A DNA stretch of 63,740 bases, the filler included, from an uncultured virus (IMG/VR IMGVR_UViG_2061766007_003500) (taxonomy: Duplodnaviria; Heunggongvirae; Uroviricota; Caudoviricetes). It is 13 parts of one record of this genome, joined end to end, with 100 filler letters (N's around TTAATTAATTAA, not from the genome) between each part and the next. Parts side by side here need not be neighbours in the genome. Positions count along the whole stretch, not along the records: positions 16,215 to 27,778 come from IMGVR_UViG_2061766007_003500; positions 27,879 to 37,577 come from IMGVR_UViG_2061766007_003500; 11 more parts are not named here. One strand, 5' to 3'. This document shows, in pieces, positions 21,763 to 34,553 of this stretch. The translations under genes were made by a program, and so were the position numbers. The number at the start of each line of letters is the position of its first letter. Position 1 is the first letter of the stretch. The notes under the pieces are model-generated. The model ran no database searches. It saw only the letters and a program-made list of their open reading frames with translations, and was not told the DNA's origin.

Positions 21763-21906
21763 GTGAATTCCGGGGCTATTCCTCAAGAATTTTCTTGAAG
21801 TAACTCGCCCAAACCATCGCCCCCATGATAAGGGCGTGGAACGGGAAAGTGAGGATTACCAAAACAATCTTGGTTCCCTTTGCGATGTTTCTTTTCGTTT
21901 CCTTTT

Positions 21907-23371
21907 TCACTTCTTAATCTCCCATACAAGATAAGCGGTTTGTATGACCGTCTCGGCCTCCACCAAGTCGCCTTTATGCCAACAGCCGGCGAAATNNNNN
22001 NNNNNAGCTTTGGTGAATAGTAGCCGCGCTCCATCCCAAGTCAGATAGGCGTTTGCTTTATCCGCTACAAAAGAAGATTCCTCATCAAAAAAACCGCTCA
22101 AAAGCTTCCAAATCAGTCTTGGTCAATCTTCTCATTTCTCAAACTCCCTCCTCTACAACTCGCTCTCAATATCGCTGAGGATTGCTTCAATCTCCCCTTT
22201 GCCCTCAAAGTCCATTCCTTTCAGCAGTTTCCGCATCTTGCCTACATAGTTTTNNNNNNNNNNAATTCCTCGCACGTACTGCCCAACTCCTCGTTGTCGT
22301 TCCTCAAGTCCTCAAGTTCACTTTCATCTTCCGCAATGTCAAGCATCGGACTGAGCAACTTCTCAATATGCTTAGATACATCAGCAAAATTCGGTTCGAT
22401 TCCCAAGCTTTTCAAATAGTCNNNNNNNNNNGAACCCTTGCGGACTCGGAACGTTCCGTCCGCGAACAACTTTCTCTTCCGCAGGCTAACATCCCTTACG
22501 GTGAAGTAAGTATTCGGGTTCAGTATTTCCGGCTTTCCGTTTATTTTCACCACCATAGACTATTACCTCGATTTTTCATCAACGCTGTAGGAATTCATGC
22601 CGTCAATCTCCCTTTTCAGTATCTCTTGTTTTGAGCGGCTCACTTAGAGAGCTCGTATCACGGAAACGCGGTCTTGAACAGACTTTCCCTTCAACTTATT
22701 CTTCGCACCATAATACTTGAAGCCTTTCTGCATGGCTTTGGTGAACAGTTGCCGCGCTCCAGCCCAAGTCAGATAAGTATTTGGTTCGTTCGCTACAGAA
22801 GAAGTTTGCTCATTAAAATACTTTTCAAAAGCTTTCAAATCAATCTTAGTTAATCTTCTCATTCTCAAACTCCCTCCTTTACTTTCCAAGTTTTGGCATC
22901 TGTTCTTGAATTTGGTGATTTCCGCCTCCAAAGGCTCCACAATAGCCGCGACAGTATCCAGCAACGTNNNNNNNNNNNNNNNNNCTTAATTTCTTCCTTC
23001 GTCATTTGCAATTCTTCCTTAGTTATAGCCTACAATCACAGCTCACCCTCAATGTCCTCAAGGATTGCTTCAATCTCACCTTTGCCCTTAAAGTCCATTC
23101 CTTTCAGTTGTTTTCTCATTCTAGCAACATAGTCTTTGATGGAATCTAGTTTGTCCCCTAGCGCTTCACAATTAGAACTCAATTCCTCGTTGTCAGCTTC
23201 AAGTTCTGCGATTTCGCTTTCATCTTCTGCAATGCCAAGCATCGGACTGAGCAACTTCTCAATGTGCTTAGATACATCAGCAAAGTTCGGTTCGATTCCC
23301 AATCCTCTGAGAAAGTCCATTTCCAGCATTTCCGCTTTGTGGACAATCATTCCTTCCTGTGATTCGGTCAT
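21907..23371 (-). repeat. Diverged tandem duplication of a two-gene unit
   Basis: LGIEPNFADVSKHIEKLLSPML.IAEDESE occurs in 22242-22556 and 23036-23371. MRRLTK.DL.AFE..F.E..S.VA...N.YLTW.GAR.LFTKA occurs near 22007-22136 and 22735-22863. Confidence 0.85.
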
Positions 23372-23375
23372 GAAT

Positions 23376-26300
23376 TCATTCCTCCTTAATCCATTGTAAA
23401 ATTGTATCTCTACTATAAGGTAATGCGTATTCTATATCCATTTCGCAACGCACAACCCAAACTACTTCGTAACCAGCATCTTCCAGCAGTGAAATCTGTT
23501 TGCTATCTATAACAAAATTAACTTGAGTGCAATCTTTCAGTCCTTTTATTCTATAAGCCAGATAGAGCGACGTCACAGTATAGAATTTTACAACTCCGCT
23601 GGGAGAATCTTTACAACTAAAACATACTGTCATAGTTTTACCTTTTCTTCAATTTTTCGTTCAATTTCATTTCTATACTCCTCCTTCAATGGCTACATCC
23701 ATTCCTCAAAATGTTGCAACTTATGCGCAAGGCGCTCCGCGTCGAACTTGTACATCAAGAACCGCTCTTTGCAGAACCTTTTCTCCTTAAGAACTATTCT
23801 GACCGCCTGAAACAACTCTTCAGCGAACTTGCCAAATACAATTGCGGCGAACCATAAGGCTGCCAAAACGCCTATGTTGCGAGGATTGTTCAAGAAGTCA
23901 AGAGAAACGCTCGCTAGTNNNNNNNNNNNNNNNNNNNNNNNNNNNNNNNNNNNNNNNNNAGGTGAACAGAAACACCAAAACATCCAGTTCAGGGTCTTCG
24001 ATTATCTTCCGCAAGAAATGCTTCGCCAGTTTTCTCATTGAATTTCCTCCATCTCCCAATACTTTTTGCCCTGCTCATATATGTAGAAAGCTGTGCCTTT
24101 CGCGCTTGCAAGTTCAAGAACTTCTTTCATATCAGTCATCTTTGTCAACAAGCAATCGCCCCATTCGCTGATTGTCTCCCCGTTGTCTTTAACTACTAGA
24201 ACTGATTGGTCTTGCTTCAATATGTCCATAATCTTGAAGAATGTTCCAACTGTCATCATAAGTTCGCGCCCCTAGTTTTCCTATTAACACTTCTTCAAGC
24301 GCCTTATTTCGTCTTTATACGCCTGCTCTCTTGACGATATAACCACGCACATATCAGCTATAGATATATCGTTCAACACGTCTCGCTGCTTGTCGTCATT
24401 TCTCCTCTTCCTTTACTTCAGGATAATCTAGCCATTCGGCTACGTTACTCTGTATTCCGCCATGCAAATTATAGAAACACTTTTTCGTGTTCCAAGCGTT
24501 ATATTTGAGCTCACATACTTTGATATATCCATTCTTCAGTTTAACAAAGTAAAAGTTCTCGACTTNNNNNNNNNNNNNNNNNNNNNNNNNNNNNNNNNNN
24601 NNNNNNNNNNNNNNNNNNNNNNNNNNNNNNNNNNNNNNNNNNNNNNNNNNNNNNNNNNNNNNNNNNNNNNNNNNNNNNNNNNNNNNNNNNNNNNNNNNNN
24701 NNNNNNNNNNNNNNNNNNNNNNNNNNNNNNNNNNNNNNNNNNNNNNNNNNNNNNNNNNNNNNNNNNNNNNNNNNNNNNNNNNNNNNNNNNNNNNNNNNNN
24801 NNNNNNNNNNNNNNNNNNNNNNNNNNNNNNNNNNNNNNNNNNNNNNNNNNNNNNNNNNNNNNNNNNNNNNNNNNNNNNNNNNNNNNNNNNNNNNNNNNNN
24901 NNNNNNNNNNNNNNNNNNNNNNNNNNNNNNNNNNNNNNNNNNNNNNNNNNNNNNNNNNNNNNNNNNNNNNNNNNNNNNNNNNNNNNNNNNNNNNNNNNNN
25001 NNNNNNNNNNNNNNNNNNNNNNNNNNNNNNNNNNNNNNNNNNNNNNNNNNNNNNNNNNNNNNNNNNNNNNNNNNNNNNNNNNNNNNNNNNNNNNNNNNNN
25101 NNNNNNNNNNNNNNNNNNNNNNNNNNNNNNNNNNNNNNNNNNNNNNNNNNNNNNNNNNNNNNNNNNNNNNNNNNNNNNNNNNNNNNNNNNNNNNNNNNNN
25201 NNNNNNNNNNNNNNNNNNNNNNNNNNNNNNNNNNNNNNNNNNNNNNNNNNNNNNNNNNNNAACTTTCTTTGTATGGCGTAGCCTTGGTCGAAAAACCTTT
25301 GCAATTGCTCCGCCGTCCATTTGTTCTCGTAGGAAAGGTCGCGCTCCTTCAGCCATATTTGGTTTATCTGATAAACAAGGCTCCCTATGGAATTCGCGGC
25401 CTTCAGACACTCCTTGGACAATTCCGTCTTCTTGGAATACTCCTCGACTATCTTCTTCGCCTTTATCAATGCGGAATTCGCGTCCGACAATTTGCTCATT
25501 TCGGAACCTCCGTAAACAAACTCGGAAACAGGGTGAAGTCAATCTTCCAAATGCCCCTCAATATCACCTCGCAGACCAGGACGTCCAAGAGCATTGCCGC
25601 CGCGCAAGCCCCGAAAGGAATCCAAAGCAAAAGCATCAAAGTTTCGTTCTTCCATACGAATCCGGCGAACATTCCCGCCAAAATGAGGACGCCTGAAATG
25701 GCNNNNNNNNNNNNNNNNNNNNNNNNNNNNNNNNNNNNNNNNNCTCCGGCGGCCAGTTCCACTCTTCCCATCGAACCTTGTCGTAAAGGTACTCCCCCAG
25801 AGCTTCGGCCATTTCGCCCGTCTCAGGAACGGGATTGCCGCCTTGGTCGAACCACTGCGCCTCCCAACCCTCAATCTCAAATTCGTCGATTTCCGGACTT
25901 CCTGCGCCGTCCTTGTAGTGCATTACGCAAGGCTCGTGGATATAAGAGCACNNNNNNNNNNNNNNNNNNNCCTTGCCATTGACGGACAACTCCAAATGGT
26001 CGTTATGGTATGTTCCCGCGACTTCGCCCATTTACGCCATCTCCCTTTAGATTTAATTTACGGTTTCATTATAACATTTAGTTANNNNNNNNNNNNNNNN
26101 NNNNNNNNNNNNNNNNNNNNNNNNNNNNNNNNNNNNNNAGACCCCCTCCGCCGTCGGGTCGTCGTCCAAAAACACTCCGTAGGCGACCCAACGCTCTTTG
26201 TCGGCGGCCTCAAGCCTCGCCCAGCCCCAGCCGCCCAGGCACCTCTTCCCTTGGACGATTTCATCCACGATGACGTTTCCTGAATCCATTTTACAAATCC

Positions 26301-27632
26301 CCCTTTTCCAATTTCTCCGACAATTCCGCAACAACATCCTCGTGCATGTCGTTGGCCTCGATGTCCGGATAGCCCCCTTCGTGCCATTTCAAACCGCATT
26401 TCGATTCAAAGAAAATCTCCTCGCCCACGTCGGCGTCCTTATATTCGCCGCTGTTTTTGTCAACCCAAAAAGCCAAAGTTTCATAGTGGCGGCCTGGACC
26501 CACCTCNNNNNNNNNNNNNNNNNNNNNNNNNNNNNNNNNNNNCCACCAAAGCCTTGTCTCCGCGTTCAAGCAAAGTGTTCCTTCTGAACTTGCAGGAATC
26601 CGAGCATATGAAATGCCCCGCCCAGCCTCTTTCGGTTCTTTTGACCATTTTTACAAACCTCCCGTTTATAGAATTCCCTTCCGCTTGAAGTCCTCTTTCA
26701 CCAATACGACACATCGGAAATGCCGATAAGCTCAACTTTCCACGAGTAGCCGTGGACAATCNNNNNNNNNNNNNNNNNNNNNNATTCCAATAAACCGTGA
26801 CTCAAGTCCGTACAGTGCAGATGCCCTGTCTTGTCAAGCGAGTTTGTTTCATATCCGCCGTCTTCCTCAACGCTTCCATCAACTTCGTTGCGGATATAGA
26901 AAGACAGGTTCGTCACGGATTTGCCGCAATCGAAAATGTCCTTCAACTTTGACGGCGGAATCAATTTCACTTCTTCCTTGGTGACTATCTCCGTTTTCTC
27001 CCAAGGAAGGTTTTCGTAGATTTCCGCTTCCTTTTTATCGTAGAATGTTTTGTCGCCGACTTTGAAAATGATGTCCATTCATTCCTCCTTTTTATTGAGC
27101 TAGTTTTCCACTCACCGCGTATAAATCGTTTATTCTACGAAGCATATCTTCTAGCGTTCTTGTGGATTTGACATTATAAGAAATTGTCTTGAAATTCATT
27201 CTGGCTTCGAGCATCTTGCGAATCCTTTCGGACTCAACGAGCGTAGATTTGCGCCGCGATGGCAAATGTTGTGATTTTTTCATTTGTTAATTACTCCTTC
27301 TCAAAGAACTCAAAGAACTCAAACAAATCATTTCATCGACAGCCTAAGCGATGCCTTTCTCATCTATTTCTCTCCCTTTCTAACTCCGCTTCTTATTATC
27401 CCCTTGGCCTCCTCTTCGGTCAGCGTGAAAGGATTCGCGGAAAGGACTCTGTAATACTCCTCCCTTATCCGCTCGCTTTCGAGAGCCTTCAGCGCGGCCT
27501 CGTTCCTTATCATCGCCGTCCGCTCGTCGATTGACGCCGTCCTTTTGACGAGCTCGGCGGCCTCGAACAGCGCCGCCGCGCAGACAAGCTGCAAGGCGGC
27601 CAAAAGCCCTATCAAAGCCCACCCTACCTTTT
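23376..27632 (-). CDS. Cluster of small hypothetical genes (23376-23633, 23630-23983, 24035-24259, 24396-24565, 25261-25499, 25496-25700 membrane, 25745-26031, 26140-26289, 26291-26648, 26698-27078, 27092-27283, 27364-27636 membrane-anchored)
   Basis: Co-oriented ORFs with RBSs, many gapped. Confidence 0.65.
26068..26084 (-). promoter_or_regulatory. Early promoter motif copy (partial; -35 in gap)
   Basis: TAACTAAATGTTATAAT, identical to the copy at the window end. Confidence 0.65.
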
Positions 27633-28051
27633 CCATCGATTTCCTCCTGTTTCGCAATCCATGAACGCCGAGCGGTTCAACTTCGTCCTCTCCGCGTTTC
27701 TTTTGAACGGCCTTCGCCATCGGCCTAGCGTCCCCTCTTTCCGCAATTGTCCGACTTCCACTCGCGGCTCACGAACTCNNNNNNNNNNNNNNNNNNNNNN
27801 NNNNNNNNNNNNNNNNNNNNNNTTAATTAATTAANNNNNNNNNNNNNNNNNNNNNNNNNNNNNNNNNNNNNNNNNNNNAGGAAACCGAGCCCGCTCAGGA
27901 AGAGGGTCAGGAAAATCAGCAAGAAACAAACGAAGAGGCTGGGGAAACCCAAACGACCGAGGAGGCGGTTCAGGAAACGACTGAGAACGACGTTTGGCCT
28001 AAAATAACCCCAGTCGAATTCGACATGGANNNNNNNNNNNNNNNNNNNNNN

Positions 28052-28445
28052 TCCCAAGGATTCGGTCTACGGAATCAACTGGGTTTACGTGCCCAAGGCG
28101 GACGCGGAATTTGTAGAATCGACAAGCAATAAAAGCATATTTTTGACTTGCGGCGGAGACATTCTGCTGAAACCCATAGAGCTCCACAAATCGAATCCCA
28201 ATGGAGTCCAATGCGTTTCAAAATACGAAAAGGTCAATTCCGATTTTTACAAATGTATAGTGTATTACAAATACGACATAGAATTGGGCAGAAGTTTTCA
28301 GCAATACACCAAATATACATACGGCGGGAATTCATACACTATGCCTGGATTGAAGCTTGAATGCCCCTATTCCGGCAGAATAGACATTCGGGTTTCGGTG
28401 ACGCAAAATCCCGAAACTTTCAAAGAGCATTACGGACAACTGTAA
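28052..28445 (+). CDS. Hypothetical protein (partial)
   Basis: Open frame ending at a convergent terminator. Confidence 0.55.
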
Positions 28446-28460
28446 CGCGATTAAAAATAA

Positions 28461-28492
28461 AAAAAACCCTCCGCTTTGTCGGAGGGTTTTTT
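28461..28492. terminator. Bidirectional intrinsic terminator
   Basis: AAAAAACCCTCCG-CTTTGT-CGGAGGGTTTTTT between convergent genes. Confidence 0.9.
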
Positions 28493-28494
28493 CT

Positions 28495-28764
28495 TCATTT
28501 CGGTCTCGGTATCTTCAAGTCCAACATAAGAAAATACCAATTTGTGGATGTTTGCGCGGGTTGCGCCTTGGGCGTGAATTTCACGGGCGAAAGGCTGTTG
28601 GACGGATAGTATATCGACCATTCGCTCGCTTNNNNNNNNNNNNNNNNNNNNNNNNNNNNNNNNNGCTCCATGCCGCAATCTTTTAAGTAGGAACGGTAAA
28701 CCGGATACGCGGCGCTTTCGCTCACTTTCTGGCCGTTTCCTATTCTGAATCTGTCATTCCACAT
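28495..28764 (-). CDS. Hypothetical protein at end of tail operon
   Basis: ORF abuts the fibre gene and ends at the terminator. Confidence 0.55.
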   Translation of the reverse strand: MWNDRFRIGNGQKVSESAAYPVYRSYLKDCGMEXXXXXXXXXXXXASEWSIYYPSNSLSPVKFTPKAQPAQTSTNWYFLMLDLKIPRPK

Positions 28765-28767
28765 ACA

Positions 28768-29996
28768 CTATGCCCCCAGTCGCAAAACGTTTATGCAGTT
28801 GCCGTTTGCAAAAGTAACATTGTTATTCAACGTTACTACCGCATTCGCATCAGAAAATATATTTTCATATCCTCCCAAATTTATAACAGTCCCTTCCAAA
28901 TAACCGTTTTCATCAAAATGAGCGATAAACGCAAAAGTTTTAGCATCATCGTTTATTTCACCCATTCCTGAAATTAAATAAGTTCCAGCTTTATTGATTT
29001 TACTAGTAGAAACCCAACCCGATGTAGGAATATCTTCTTTAAATCTATTCGCCACATCGTCAATGCCGCTTGCGTTGAAATTGCCTCCGAGAGTGTGAAA
29101 AGTTCCGTATTGACGATTGGAAAGAGGTGCGTCGTAGGCGAAATTGACGCCTTCGTAAAAATCGTAATGATTGCTCTCGTTTCCGGTTGACGGATAGTTG
29201 AAGTGCAAGTCTTGTCCGCACCGCCACACCATTCCCGGAAGGAAAACCGCCGAATCGGTGAATATCGACGCCACGTCCGAAGCCATCACGGTTTTTTGGA
29301 ATTTATAGGCGCAGTTCAAGTCGTTCATTTTTTTCCATAAAGTGTCGCCCGAAACATCGCTTGAATTTCCCACCGTGGATTTCAACGTCGTGACCTCTTT
29401 AACCAATCCGGTGCTTGGGTCGCTGACGGTTGTCTCCAAAGTGCCCACCCTTTTGGTCAATCCAGAATTCGAATCGCCCACGGCGGTTTCCAATCCGCTT
29501 ATGGCGGNNNNNNNNNNNNNNNNNNNNNNNNNNNNNNNNNNNNNNNNNNNNNNNNNNNNNNNNNNNNNNNNNNNNNNNNNNNNNNNNNNNNNNNNNNNNN
29601 NNNNNNNNNNNNNNNNNNNNNNNNNNNNNNNNNNNNNNNNNNNNNNNNNNCGTTCAAAGAATTTTGCACCGTGCCTTCGGCGGAAACGCCCGTATTGGTC
29701 GCCAAATTGCTTATCATGCCAAGAACGGTGTTCGCGGGCGCGTCTATGTCGCCGTCATAATCGTATTTGGTATGGTCGCTTCCGTTTCCTTTCGGAAATC
29801 CGCACAGCTTGGCGATGTTGTCGGATTTGTAGGAATCGTAATCGAACGCCTCCTTCATGTCCAAAAAACCCAATTGTTTCAAGCCGGGGTTGGTTTGGTC
29901 TTTTTGGTAAACTATCGCGGCGAAATTTCCCAAGCCGCTCGCATCAATTACAGCCTTGTCAATCTCGTCAGGCTCTTGAACAGTCATGTCCGCCAT
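28768..29996 (-). CDS. Tail fibre/whisker-like protein (gapped)
   Basis: AGGAGG RBS, start MADMTVQEP. Coiled-coil repeats LETAVGDSNSGLTKRVGT/LETTVSDPSTGLVKEVTT (fibritin-like). Beta-rich C-terminal domains. Confidence 0.7.
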
Positions 29997-30089
29997 ATAA
30001 AATCCTCCTATTCGTTCGCTTTTTCCNNNNNNNNNNNNNNNNNNNNNNNNNNNNNNNNNNNNNNNNNNNNNNNNNNNNNNNNNNNNNNN

Positions 30090-31100
30090 GCTTTTATCAC
30101 CGTCGTTTATGGCGAGCATCACGGGAATCATTTTTTGGCAATGGTCTTGCCCCTCCAAATATCTCGTTTCCCTCGCGTAGAAAGTGGTGTTTTGCGACGG
30201 CTCCAGCGTTATCTCGCCCCAAGGGTCTCCGCCGCTGTCCTCTTTCTTGAAATAATAACGGAACGTCACGAATCCATCGCCCCAAATGGCCTCTCGCTCC
30301 CAGCTGAAGCCGGAATCGGGCTCGCCGCTCAAGCTGTCAATCATCTCGCATTCTTGGTAGCAATTCAAAAGCTCCGAGTCGGTCATAGAATCTAATATGT
30401 CCAAACTTGAGCCGCCCGCAGGGCCAAAGGGGCTTAAAAACAACTTTCCCGAACTTCTGTCCACGCCGCAAGTGTCCGACGTTTCCCTGTCGCCCCCAAC
30501 ATAGCAGTAACGGACGTAAAAGAGCAGGAACAAGACCCGCGCGGGCTTGCACATCGTCGCCATTATGTCGAATTCGGGCATGGCGGCGTTCAGTTCCTCC
30601 AGCGTCTGGAATTCGCTTCCCGTTCCGTCCGGCAAAGGGTCGTCGCAGAAAACGTTCTTGAATCCGATTTGAACGTGCCCTTCGGTCATGTCGGTGTAAA
30701 TGCCGGAATCGGTGTATTTGGTGGGAATCTCGTCGGTGTTCTTCGCCACGTCTTTGAACAATTGGTCGCCGTGGTATTCCTCGACGCTTCCCGTGAACAT
30801 GCACTCGCTCATCAACTCGAAAAGGCGGAAGTCCTTTTTCAGCATGGAGTAAGCCACGACCGAGCGGTTCGGCTCCTTGTTGACTATCTTCGCGTCCGGC
30901 CAAAAGGAGTTGTAAAAAAGATACGAGTTTCCGTTCCACATTTCGTCGCGGAGAATCTTGTATTTCTCGCGGACAGTCGTGGAATTCAAAAGGCTGTCCA
31001 AAAACGCGTTGACGTACTTTTCCTCAATCGGAAACTTCGGGGAGGTGTTCCGCTTCGCGTAAAGCTCGATGTCATTTTTGTCAAATACGCTCTCTTCCAT
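30090..31100 (-). CDS. Baseplate wedge protein (T4 gp7/P2 gpI-position)
   Basis: Directly follows the gp6-like gene; contains the ATMCKPARV segment typical of KPA.. wedge motifs. Confidence 0.5.
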
Positions 31101-31104
31101 AATT

Positions 31105-33080
31105 TCAACTCGCCGTCAATTCACTCTGAGCCGCGTCATTTTCAGAAACGCCTTGCATCATTTCCACCGTAACGCCTTCCAATTTTCGCATTCCGTCTTC
31201 AAGACCTATCGCCAAAATTCCCTCGTTTTCCATTCCCCACCAACATTCAAGCGTGACGTTGTCTTGGTCTGTCCATTCGCCTTTAGTGCGCAAATACATA
31301 AAATTCCAAACTACATCAAGATTGTTGTGAGTGCCGACTAAATTTAACCCTTCTTTGTCATAAATTTGAGCCATATTATTTTCACCGGGATTGCGAACTT
31401 CGTAATATTCGTGCACGTAATCTTTAGGCTCGCCTTCGGCAGCGTTAGGAATTGGAATCGTCAGCTTGTAACGCCCCGTTCCGTTTCTTTCTCCAACGTA
31501 AGATTTAACATCGCTCTTTATTCTATCTCGCGTAAGAGATATTTTCATATAATGATAACCTTTCAACGTCAATCCCGTGGAAACGTAAGGACTGTTGTTC
31601 AAGATGTCGTTCAAAACTTTCGTCAAATCCAAGTCCTCGAATATCGACAAGTTCGTGGACTGCAAATACGAAAGGACGTAATATTGCGAGGCGGTCGCCT
31701 TGACATACTGCTCGAACGGGTCTTTCTGGTCGGTGCTGGTGTACTTGAATTCCAGCCAATTTTTCACCGTTTCAAAAGTGTGCCCTTGAACCACGGCCAC
31801 GTCCTTGAACNNNNNNNNNNNNNNNNNNNNNNNNNNNNNCGTTTCTATTTGCAATTGCTCTCCGTTGGGGTCAACTAGATAAACGTCCACTATTCCAGAA
31901 ACCTGCGTGGGCGTTTTCTTTCCGCTGCGAATCCATTTCTCCCAATCCGAAAGAACCAAGCAGTCGCCGACTTCCGGCTGAGCCTTGAACCAAGCCGTGT
32001 ATTCGGGAACGCTGGAAACGTTGATTGACGAGTAAAGGCGGCGCTTCAAGTAAAGGCCGAGCTTTCCGACCGAAGGCTGGTTCACCGCCGCCGTGCTCTC
32101 CGTGTTGGAGACGTTCAAACTGACCGTGTTTTCGTTGGAATCCTCAAATTTGTCCACGTAAGTCAAAGTGCCCGCCTTGACCTGCCCCTGTATGCCGTCG
32201 GACGATATGTAGGCGACTTCGTAAGCCTTTCCTTCGGGGTTGTCAACTTCCGTTCCTTGAAAGACCTTTATGTAAAGGTAATTGTCGAAGTAATAGGCGA
32301 ACCATCCGTTGCGGGGAACGGCGTAAGTGCCCGCGAACTGTATGGGCTCAAGGTTGTTGTTGGCGGCCAGCCTCTGCCAGCTCACGCCGTCGAAAACAAC
32401 GAGGTCTCCCGCCCTGAACTCGGTCTTGACGCCATCCTCCTCGAACCAAGCCTCGCCGTTTCCTATCACCGTGTAAAATTTCCCTTTCTCGCCGTAGGCG
32501 TTCTGCAAGAAAGGCGTTCCGCCCCAAGTCCGCCCCGGCTCGTTTTCGGGCTTCCACGAGCCTTGGAACATCAGGTTGTCGTAGGAAGTTTGGTAGGAAA
32601 CCTCCGGCACATCCACGCCGTTCAACTTCACGGTCAGGTAGGCCAAGTCCGGATTGGTGGCCTGCACCTTTATCAGCGTGGAATAAGTGCCTTTCTCCAC
32701 GACGCGGACTCCCTGCACCGCGGTTGACGTGCGGGTGTCGCCCTTGGAAAGAATCATTTCCTCCAATTGCGTGTATTTTATTCCGTCCTCGGTGGTCAGC
32801 TCCGACCACTTGGGAATCGTGACTTGGTTGTAATTTTCGGTCATGCTCGTCGTGACTTGAACCGTCGCGGAGGTTCTGTAGGGAACGCGCTCAAGGAAGA
32901 AGCCGAGCCAGCTTCTCATAGTGTCCTCGGAAAAGTTGTTTATGTCGGCCATCTNNNNNNNNNNNNNNNNNNNNNNNNNNNNNNNNNNNNNNNNNNNNCG
33001 ATTTGCGACCAAAGCTGGTAAAGCTCGGTGTCCCTCTCTTGGGCGGTGAAATGCGTAGAGAATTGGCTTAAAAAAGACAT
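31105..33080 (-). CDS. Baseplate wedge protein (T4 gp6/baseplate J-like)
   Basis: Start MSFLSQFST at 33080. A.VQV...VTIPKWS..T..G..Y...AVQG, Y..SDG.QG and V S..EY...PEV patterns of gp6/J proteins. Confidence 0.8.
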
Positions 33081-33473
33081 TTATTCCTCCTGCCCCGAAA
33101 GGCTTTCGTCGTCGTAGNNNNNNNNNNNNNNNNNNNNNNNNNNNNNNNNNNNNNNNNNNNNNNNNNNNNNNNNNNNNNNNNNNNNNNNNNNNNNNNNNNN
33201 NNNNNNNNNNNNNNNNNNNNNNNNNNNNNNNNNNNNNNNNNNNNNNNNNNNNNNNNNNNNNNNNNNNNNNNNNNNNNNNNNNNNNNNNNNNNNNNNNNNN
33301 NNNNNNNNNNNNNNNNNNNNNNNNNNNNNNNNNNNNNNNNNNNNNNNNNNNNNNNNNNNNNNNNNNNNNNNNNNNNNNNNNNNNNNNNNNNNNNNNNNNN
33401 NNNNNNNNNNNNNNNNNNNNNNNNNNNNNNNNNNNTAGGAGAGCTTGTCCAATGTGTCGTTGAATTCAACCAT
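33081..33473 (-). CDS. Baseplate wedge gp25-like protein (mostly N)
   Basis: Size of about 130 aa and position between the spike tip and gp6-like genes only. Confidence 0.35.
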   Translation of the reverse strand: MVEFNDTLDKLSXXXXXXXXXXXXXXXXXXXXXXXXXXXXXXXXXXXXXXXXXXXXXXXXXXXXXXXXXXXXXXXXXXXXXXXXXXXXXXXXXXXXXXXXXXXXXXXXXXXXXXXXXXXYDDESLSGQEE

Positions 33474-33497
33474 AATAAAATATATAACCGTTTTGGC

Positions 33498-33863
33498 CTA
33501 TTCGCCTTGAACGGAAGTTTGCCCGGCGTTAGTTATGGTAACCGTGACCGTTCCTGAAACCGTTTTCGGAGGGGTGTCCGCCGTAGTTCCCGTCGCGGTA
33601 ATATTCACGGAATCCCCTTCTAAAACCGCAAGCAAATTGTCAATGGTGACGCATTGCGAACCGGGCCGCAAAGAATCGGTTCCCGTGGCGTTTTTATTCG
33701 CGCCATTTACGGAACTGCCGGAAACGGTTATCGACAGCGGGCCTCGATAAACTCCGAGTTCATCGATTGACACCGTTTGCGATTCCGGAGTGGTTATCAC
33801 CGCGACCCCGTCAGGAACGCAAGTCAACTCGCATCCTTTAACCGCTATATTTTTTAAAGCCAT
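33498..33863 (-). CDS. Spike-tip (PAAR-like) protein
   Basis: 121 aa, MALKNIAVKGC...V.ID..AVLEGD...ITNAGQTSVQGE; follows the spike gene. Confidence 0.7.
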   Translation of the reverse strand: MALKNIAVKGCELTCVPDGVAVITTPESQTVSIDELGVYRGPLSITVSGSSVNGANKNATGTDSLRPGSQCVTIDNLLAVLEGDSVNITATGTTADTPPKTVSGTVTVTITNAGQTSVQGE

Positions 33864-33865
33864 TT

Positions 33866-34550
33866 TCAACCGCCCGCGGAAGGAGACGGAGAAATCGACA
33901 AATGGTTGTTTATCGTCACTCCGCNNNNNNNNNNNNNNNNNNNNNNNNNNNNNNNNNNNNNNNNNNGCCTTGATTTTGACGTTCTGCCCCGCCTCGAAAT
34001 TCACGCTTTTCGCGGACTTCACGTTCAGATTGTCCGCCGAATCCACGTTCAGCGTTCCGGTCGAGGCCGCGTCGATTTGCGAGCCTTGGACGTAAATCTT
34101 TCCGTCGGTTGACATCACAACGAAAGCGTCGTTCTGCCTTACGGCGACGTAATCGTCGGTCTTTATCACGAAAGCGTCCTTTCCCAGCATTTGGGCGGAC
34201 GCGGTGTCCTTCGACTTCGGCTGGGTCGTCACTCCGTTCTGAACGCCTTGGGGAAACTCGAATTTTTTGTAAAACCCCTCGTCAACATCGTTCGGGTCTT
34301 TCCAAAGATACGGAAGGTTTATGTCGCCGTCCTTGAAGCGGACCACGACCTTGCTTCCCTTTTTCAGCGGAAGGGAAAGCGCCCAAAGCGGAACGTATGT
34401 CAGCGGATGGGGGCTGTCTTTGGTGAACCATCCTTTGAGCCAAACGTCGCAATACATTTTGCCGGTCTTTTTGACCGTCTCGACCATATCCTCAAGCAGC
34501 TCGCCCTCGCAAATTTGCGTGCACTCTTCCTGAACGTAACTGTCGGCCAC
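33866..34550 (-). CDS. Baseplate central spike (gp5/gpV-like)
   Basis: OB-fold motif LPLKKGSKVVVRFKDGDINLPY followed by beta-helix-like repeats. Ends GVTINNHL...GG* in the post-gap frame. Confidence 0.75.
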
Positions 34551-34553
34551 AAC

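Noticed and set aside
22007..23320. Near-identical repeats as a diversity-generating retroelement TR/VR pair
   Set aside because: Differences are not adenine-specific on one copy and no RT gene is seen.
33498..34550. Spike-PAAR fusion shown as one 350-aa ORF
   Set aside because: Caused by gap length. Another post-gap frame gives a plausible spike end with TGA at 33866-33868, just before the tip gene ATG.
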